Shown here piece by piece: positions 59,375 through 64,000 of a DNA stretch of 64,000 nt. The translations under genes were made by a program, and so were the position numbers. The stretch's first letter is position 1; the number at the start of each line of letters is the position of its first letter. Under the pieces are notes generated by a model. The model searched no databases. It was not told the DNA's origin and saw only the letters and a program-made list of their open reading frames with translations. Origin of the DNA: Pseudomonadota bacterium (GTDB lineage: Bacteria > Pseudomonadota > Alphaproteobacteria > Rhodobacterales > Rhodobacteraceae); contig JBCCDV010000010.1 in NCBI GenBank assembly GCA_039030615.1, positions 55,612 to 119,611 of the forward strand. The letters are read 5' to 3'.

Positions 59375-61345
59375 ATGCTGACCTCCGTTCGCCTGCGACT
59401 GCTGATGATGGCGCTGTTGCCCCTCATCTTACTGATGCCCCTGCTTTTGTTGCTGGGTCTGTCACGCTGGACGTCCGATTATGATGAGCTGCTGATCTCC
59501 AAGGTCGAAAGTGACCTCAAAATCGCGGAGCAATATTTGGCACAGATTATGACGGCAACCGGGTCTGACCTCGCGGGTATCGCAGGGGCGGCGGGTTTTG
59601 CAGACGCGCTTGCCCGAGACCAGTCTGAGCGGCAAGACTATCTAAACCAGCGGCGCGACGAACACGGGTTCGACTTTTTGTACTTCCTTCCTGAAGAAGC
59701 GCTGGAGTCGGGCCCAAAATGGCCCGTGGTGGCCGCCGCTATGACAGGCCAATCCGCCACAGCAATCGACATTTTTTCGCCGCAAGACCTGGAGACAGTC
59801 GCAGAGAGCCTGAAAGACACTGCGCGTATCCCGCTGGTTGCCACAGAGGCCGCGGTTCCCACAGATCGCACTGCGGAGGACCGCGGAATGGTGGTTCATT
59901 CCGCAAGTCCCGTGAGCCTGTCGGGCAAGACAGGCGTTGTTGTCGGGGGCATATTGTTGAATCGGAACCTGCAATTCATCGACACAATCAACTCCCTTGT
60001 TTACCTGAACGCCGTAACCGGTGGCGAACGCCAAGGCACAGCAACGCTCTTTCTCGAAGATGTACGCATTTCGACCAATGTCAGGCTGTTTGAAGATGTG
60101 CGTGCGCTTGGCACGCGCGTTTCGGCCGAAGTGCGTGAAGCTGTCTTGGGACAGGGCGAGACTTGGCTTAACCGCGCCTTCGTGGTGAATGATTGGTATG
60201 TCTCAGGGTACCTGCCGATCCGTGACAGCTTTGAGAACAATGTTGGCATGCTCTATGTCGGCTTTCTGGAAGCTCCGTTTTCGGCCACCAAGCGTGCCGC
60301 AATCTTGTGGATGCTCACGGCCTTTGTATTGGTTCTTCTGATCTCGACACCTGTCTTTCTTTGGCTGGCGAAAGGGATTTTCAGCCCGCTCGAAGCCATG
60401 AGCAAAACCATGAAACGCGTTGAGCGCGGGGACCTGTCGGCGCGCAATGGCGATCTGGGGGCCAAGGGTGAAATTGGTCAGGTCGCGGCGCATCTCGACA
60501 GCCTGCTTGAACAGGTACAAGACCGCGATCAGGAATTACGGGGCTGGGCCGACCAATTGAACTTTCGGGTCGACAAAAGGACCAAAGAACTCAGCGACGC
60601 CAACCAAAAGCTTGAGGCGGCGACGCAGCAACTTGTGATGGCCGAAAAGCTGGCCTCTATCGGGGAAATCACCGCCGGCGTTGCCCATGAAATCAACAAT
60701 CCTGTCGCTGTGATCCAAGGCAATGTAGATGTGATGCGGGAATCTCTGGGCGCGGCCTCGAAGGATGTTGAGATTGAGTTCAACCTGATCGACCGCCAAA
60801 TTGCGCGCATATCTGCGATTGTGGGCAAATTGCTGCAATTTGCGCGACCGGCGGACTACTCCGACACAACCTCAAGCGTAGTTCTGCAAACTGTCTTGGA
60901 TGATTGCCTCGTCCTTGTGGATCATGTTCTTTCGGAAAAGAAGATCACGATCATCAAGGTCTATAGCGAGACGGCTACCGTGCGGATTGATCCCGGTGAG
61001 CTGCAGCAAGTGATCGTAAATCTCGTGATGAATGCAGCGCAGGCCATGGGGGATGAAGGTACACTCACCCTGACCCTGGCGACCGCAGAACGCGATGCGC
61101 AAGTGGGGTCTAGCCTTTCCGTCACCGACACTGGGCCCGGCATAGACCCGGAGAAGCTTGCCAATGTGTTTGATCCATTCTTCACAACCAAACAGGCCGA
61201 AGGCACAGGTCTAGGCCTGTCGATCAGCCAAACCATTATTCGCCGTGCGGGTGGCCTGATCACCGCCCAAAACCAGCCCAAGGGAGGCGCGCGTTTTGAG
61301 ATTTGGCTGCCCGCGGCGACATCAATATCGCATGCTGCTCAGTAA
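59375..61345 (+). CDS. Membrane sensor histidine kinase (Cache-HAMP-HisKA-HATPase)
   Basis: Two TMs flanking a periplasmic domain, HAMP, H-box AHEINNP, NLVMNA, DTGPG, FFTTK, GTGLGL. Confidence 0.93.
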   Translation: MLTSVRLRLLMMALLPLILLMPLLLLLGLSRWTSDYDELLISKVESDLKIAEQYLAQIMTATGSDLAGIAGAAGFADALARDQSERQDYLNQRRDEHGFDFLYFLPEEALESGPKWPVVAAAMTGQSATAIDIFSPQDLETVAESLKDTARIPLVATEAAVPTDRTAEDRGMVVHSASPVSLSGKTGVVVGGILLNRNLQFIDTINSLVYLNAVTGGERQGTATLFLEDVRISTNVRLFEDVRALGTRVSAEVREAVLGQGETWLNRAFVVNDWYVSGYLPIRDSFENNVGMLYVGFLEAPFSATKRAAILWMLTAFVLVLLISTPVFLWLAKGIFSPLEAMSKTMKRVERGDLSARNGDLGAKGEIGQVAAHLDSLLEQVQDRDQELRGWADQLNFRVDKRTKELSDANQKLEAATQQLVMAEKLASIGEITAGVAHEINNPVAVIQGNVDVMRESLGAASKDVEIEFNLIDRQIARISAIVGKLLQFARPADYSDTTSSVVLQTVLDDCLVLVDHVLSEKKITIIKVYSETATVRIDPGELQQVIVNLVMNAAQAMGDEGTLTLTLATAERDAQVGSSLSVTDTGPGIDPEKLANVFDPFFTTKQAEGTGLGLSISQTIIRRAGGLITAQNQPKGGARFEIWLPAATSISHAAQ

Positions 61346-61346
61346 G

Positions 61347-62690
61347 CTAGTGCCCCCAGCCAACCATTTTTCGGTCTATCGTTTTGCGCGAAACACCAAG
61401 ACGGCGCGCAGCCTCAGCCCGGTTGCCGTCGCATTGCGCCAATATCTGCAGAATATGGCGCTGCGTGACCAGATCGAGGCTTTCCACCGCCTGTGAACCA
61501 GTAATCTCGCCTTCTCCGGCAAATTCTGGCGGAAACCCCCCGACGATAACCGAACGCTCGATGAGATTTCGAAGCTCGCGCACATTTCCGGGCCAGTCAT
61601 GTTGGCGCAGCTTAAGCAGTGTTTCTTCGTCAAGATGAAGCGCCTTCATCCCCAGCTCCTTGCTGAACATCTGCATGAAATGCGCGGCCAGCTCGACCAC
61701 GTCCTCTGCGCGGTCTCGAAGTGGTGGAATGGGCAGACCAATCACATTCATCCTGTGATACAGGTCCGCGCGGAACCGCCCCTCCGCCACAGCCTTTTCC
61801 AAATCATCATTCGTCGCAAAGAGGAACCGTAGGTCCAGTGGGATTTCCCGCTCTGACCCCACGGGCCTGATCTTGCAATCCTCCAGAACCCGCAAGAATG
61901 CCGCCTGCAATGTGTCGGGCATCTGCGCCACTTCATCAAGAAACAGGGTCCCGCCATCGGCAAGTAGCAGCAGCCCGGGGCGGGCATAATTGTCGCCATC
62001 ACGCTCGCCAAAAAGCTGTTGAACGATTTGATTTGGCGCAAAGGTTGCGCAGTTTACCGCAACGAAAGGTTTTTCGCAGCGCGGCGACATCGCATGCAAT
62101 GTGCGTGCTGCAATCTCTTTGCCCGTGCCGCTTTCGCCGGTGATCAACACCGGGGTGGGCAATGGCGCGAGGCGTTTGAGCATCTCGCGCACCTCTTGAA
62201 ACACAACCGATTGGCCCAGAAAAACGCCAGCGCGCCCACTCGACAGCTCATGGCGCAGCAGGAAATTGTCACGACGCAAATGGCTACGATCTAGCGTCCG
62301 CGCGACGGCGCTGAGAATTTGATTTGCTCGAAATGGTTTCAAGACAAAGTCGCTCACACCAGCGCGCAAGGCCGCGATAGCCGTCTCCAGATCGGCGTAG
62401 GCCGTCATCAGGATCGTGTCCGCATAAAGCCCGATCTGCCGCTGCTGCTTCACCCAATCAAGCCCGCGGGTGCGCGGCATTATATTGTCGAGGATCACCA
62501 GATCGAAATGCGTTTCATCGAGGTGCTTGGTCGCCTCCTCTGTCGAGGCTGCTTCGGCCAAAAACTTGACCCGAGGCCCGAGAATCTTCTGCAAAAAATG
62601 GCGCATGCCAGGCTCATCATCGACAACGAGCACGGAGGCTCCCGCCAAGGCCGGTCCATAGTCTTCTTTCTCTGGCTCCTGATCCTTCAC
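61347..62690 (-). CDS. NtrC-family response regulator (REC-AAA-Fis HTH) lacking GAFTGA
   Basis: VVDDE, ILDNIMP, GESGTGKE, TLFLDEV, FRADLYHR, WPGNVRELRN, Fis HTH. Confidence 0.92.
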   Translation of the reverse strand: MKDQEPEKEDYGPALAGASVLVVDDEPGMRHFLQKILGPRVKFLAEAASTEEATKHLDETHFDLVILDNIMPRTRGLDWVKQQRQIGLYADTILMTAYADLETAIAALRAGVSDFVLKPFRANQILSAVARTLDRSHLRRDNFLLRHELSSGRAGVFLGQSVVFQEVREMLKRLAPLPTPVLITGESGTGKEIAARTLHAMSPRCEKPFVAVNCATFAPNQIVQQLFGERDGDNYARPGLLLLADGGTLFLDEVAQMPDTLQAAFLRVLEDCKIRPVGSEREIPLDLRFLFATNDDLEKAVAEGRFRADLYHRMNVIGLPIPPLRDRAEDVVELAAHFMQMFSKELGMKALHLDEETLLKLRQHDWPGNVRELRNLIERSVIVGGFPPEFAGEGEITGSQAVESLDLVTQRHILQILAQCDGNRAEAARRLGVSRKTIDRKMVGWGH

Positions 62691-62823
62691 CCCGTCAATC
62701 CAACCGTACGTTGTCCCCGGAATAGACGTCCTGCGCCGAAAACCCCATTTCGCCTAAGGCAAAATAGGACCCGACCGAGATCACAACCATGACCAAGCCA
62801 CCCGTTAGCACCGCTTTCATAGC

Positions 62824-63999
62824 TTATTCACCCCTCGTGTTTTGTTTCAGAAATTCAATCAAGTCTGCGCGGTCCGCGGCCTTTGAAATTACCTGCATTG
62901 GCATTTTGGACCCTGGAATGTAGTGATCCGGGCCCTTGTCGAACAGCGCGTCGATCGTCTCTTCCCCCCAAACAATTTGCGTGTATGGGAGCATATCAGA
63001 ATAAACGTATCCCGGTAAGCTGCCGGCTTTGCGCCCGAATACCCTGTGCAAGGTTGGCCCTGCGCGCCGCGAAGGGCCCGCGTCCAGCGCGTGACAAATG
63101 GAGCATTTGCGCATGAACTGCCGCTCTCCGTTGCTCATCGTCTCTGGGTCTTGCAAAAAGCTCCGCGTCTGACCGGCGACTGTGTCCATTTCCGACAGCA
63201 GCGCTACGGGCCATCCGTAGACAACATCATCAACCCCGCCTGCCCAGATCCTTTTGCCGTCGTTGGAAAAGGCGAGTGCCCAGATCGGACCCTGCCGCGT
63301 CGCGCGAAAGTCCTGCGCGATGCGCATCTTTTCGGTATCTACGATCATGATGTAACCCTCGCCGTCGCCGACTGCGAGACGCTGGGTTTCTGCGTGGTAG
63401 CTCAGTGCAAGGATCGGACGGCGGTCGAGCGTAAAATCTGCAACCTGAGCGCCTGTACCCGCATCTATAATCCGGGTCCCACCATCAACGGCGCCATAGG
63501 CGATCCATTTCTCTGCCACAGCGATCCGGTTCACCGCGAATCCGTGTTTGACCAAAGGCTGTGGGGCTTGATCAGTCCCCAGATCATAGCGCCAAACGAC
63601 CCCCTTTGACGTACCCACAAACAACGCAGATCCGTCCGCGCTATAGGCCACGGCGTTGACGGCGTTGCCGATTTTGATCATCTCAGGCGCGCCGCCCTCC
63701 ATCGGCCAGAAAGCCACCGTGCCGTCCCATGATCCGCTCACAGCTATGCGTTCATCGGGTGAAATCGCAATGGACATGACTTTGCCTTTGTGGCGCCCAA
63801 GCTCGCGTGCCGTGCCGTTCTGCCAGAGCAAAACCGCGAAATCATCACCGCCTGATACAACTCGGCCAGAGGGAGCTGCCGTCAGGCTCGTGACCGCAGC
63901 CGCGTGGCCATCAAGCCATGTAGGTGTTCGGTCGGACCACATACCCAGAGCATTGTCGAAGCTTCCGCTGATCACCGTGTCATCATCCGTCACCGCCAA
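62824..63999 (-). CDS. WD40 beta-propeller fused to a C-terminal class I cytochrome c, 5'-truncated by the window edge
   Basis: WD repeats (SGSFDNALGMW, GHAAAV, SGGDDFAVLLW, HKGKV, SGSWDGTVAFW), CSICH heme motif, GPTL, PGSKMP axial Met. Confidence 0.88.
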   Translation of the reverse strand: MAVTDDDTVISGSFDNALGMWSDRTPTWLDGHAAAVTSLTAAPSGRVVSGGDDFAVLLWQNGTARELGRHKGKVMSIAISPDERIAVSGSWDGTVAFWPMEGGAPEMIKIGNAVNAVAYSADGSALFVGTSKGVVWRYDLGTDQAPQPLVKHGFAVNRIAVAEKWIAYGAVDGGTRIIDAGTGAQVADFTLDRRPILALSYHAETQRLAVGDGEGYIMIVDTEKMRIAQDFRATRQGPIWALAFSNDGKRIWAGGVDDVVYGWPVALLSEMDTVAGQTRSFLQDPETMSNGERQFMRKCSICHALDAGPSRRAGPTLHRVFGRKAGSLPGYVYSDMLPYTQIVWGEETIDALFDKGPDHYIPGSKMPMQVISKAADRADLIEFLKQNTRGE

Positions 64000-64000
64000 A

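Overview
Gene-dense, mostly core chromosomal segment of an alphaproteobacterium, most likely a marine Rhodobacteraceae (Roseobacter group). This is inferred from the Rhodobacter-type porin, ccrM next to rnhB, an rbaV/rbaW-like pair, a VPLPA-CTERM protein and a SorX-like 3'UTR. I count about 64 CDSs and see no rRNA, tRNA, CRISPR array, prophage or IS. Main blocks, left to right: a glycine-betaine demethylation-type cluster (DMGDH-like, BHMT-like, PNPOx-like and SarDH-like genes, preceded by an XRE-cupin regulator, LysE, GFA and LysE); a partner-switching pair; ggt and hspQ; lolA-ftsK-aminotransferase-amidase-ubiH; xth-cnoX-LON-Trm112; an OmpR-type regulator and ribA; porin; leuS-lptE-holA; pmbA-cysQ-waaA-lpxK; dsbA-DUF721-mutY-alkB; ccrM-rnhB; katG-oxyR; Rid/WYL; a convergent histidine kinase and NtrC-like regulator; and a WD40-cytochrome c fusion cut by the window edge. 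The best leads are: (1) a VPLPA-CTERM surface protein with a single Cys and the three motifs of Cys-Gln thioester domains; (2) a small secreted Cys protein coupled to a membrane-anchored winged-helix regulator, with a divergent C-X17-C repeat protein; (3) an enhancer-binding protein lacking GAFTGA, tail-to-tail with a Cache kinase and next to the WD40-cytochrome c fusion; (4) a candidate sRNA downstream of the rbaVW-like operon. Product calls rest on motifs read from the translations. No database searches were run.
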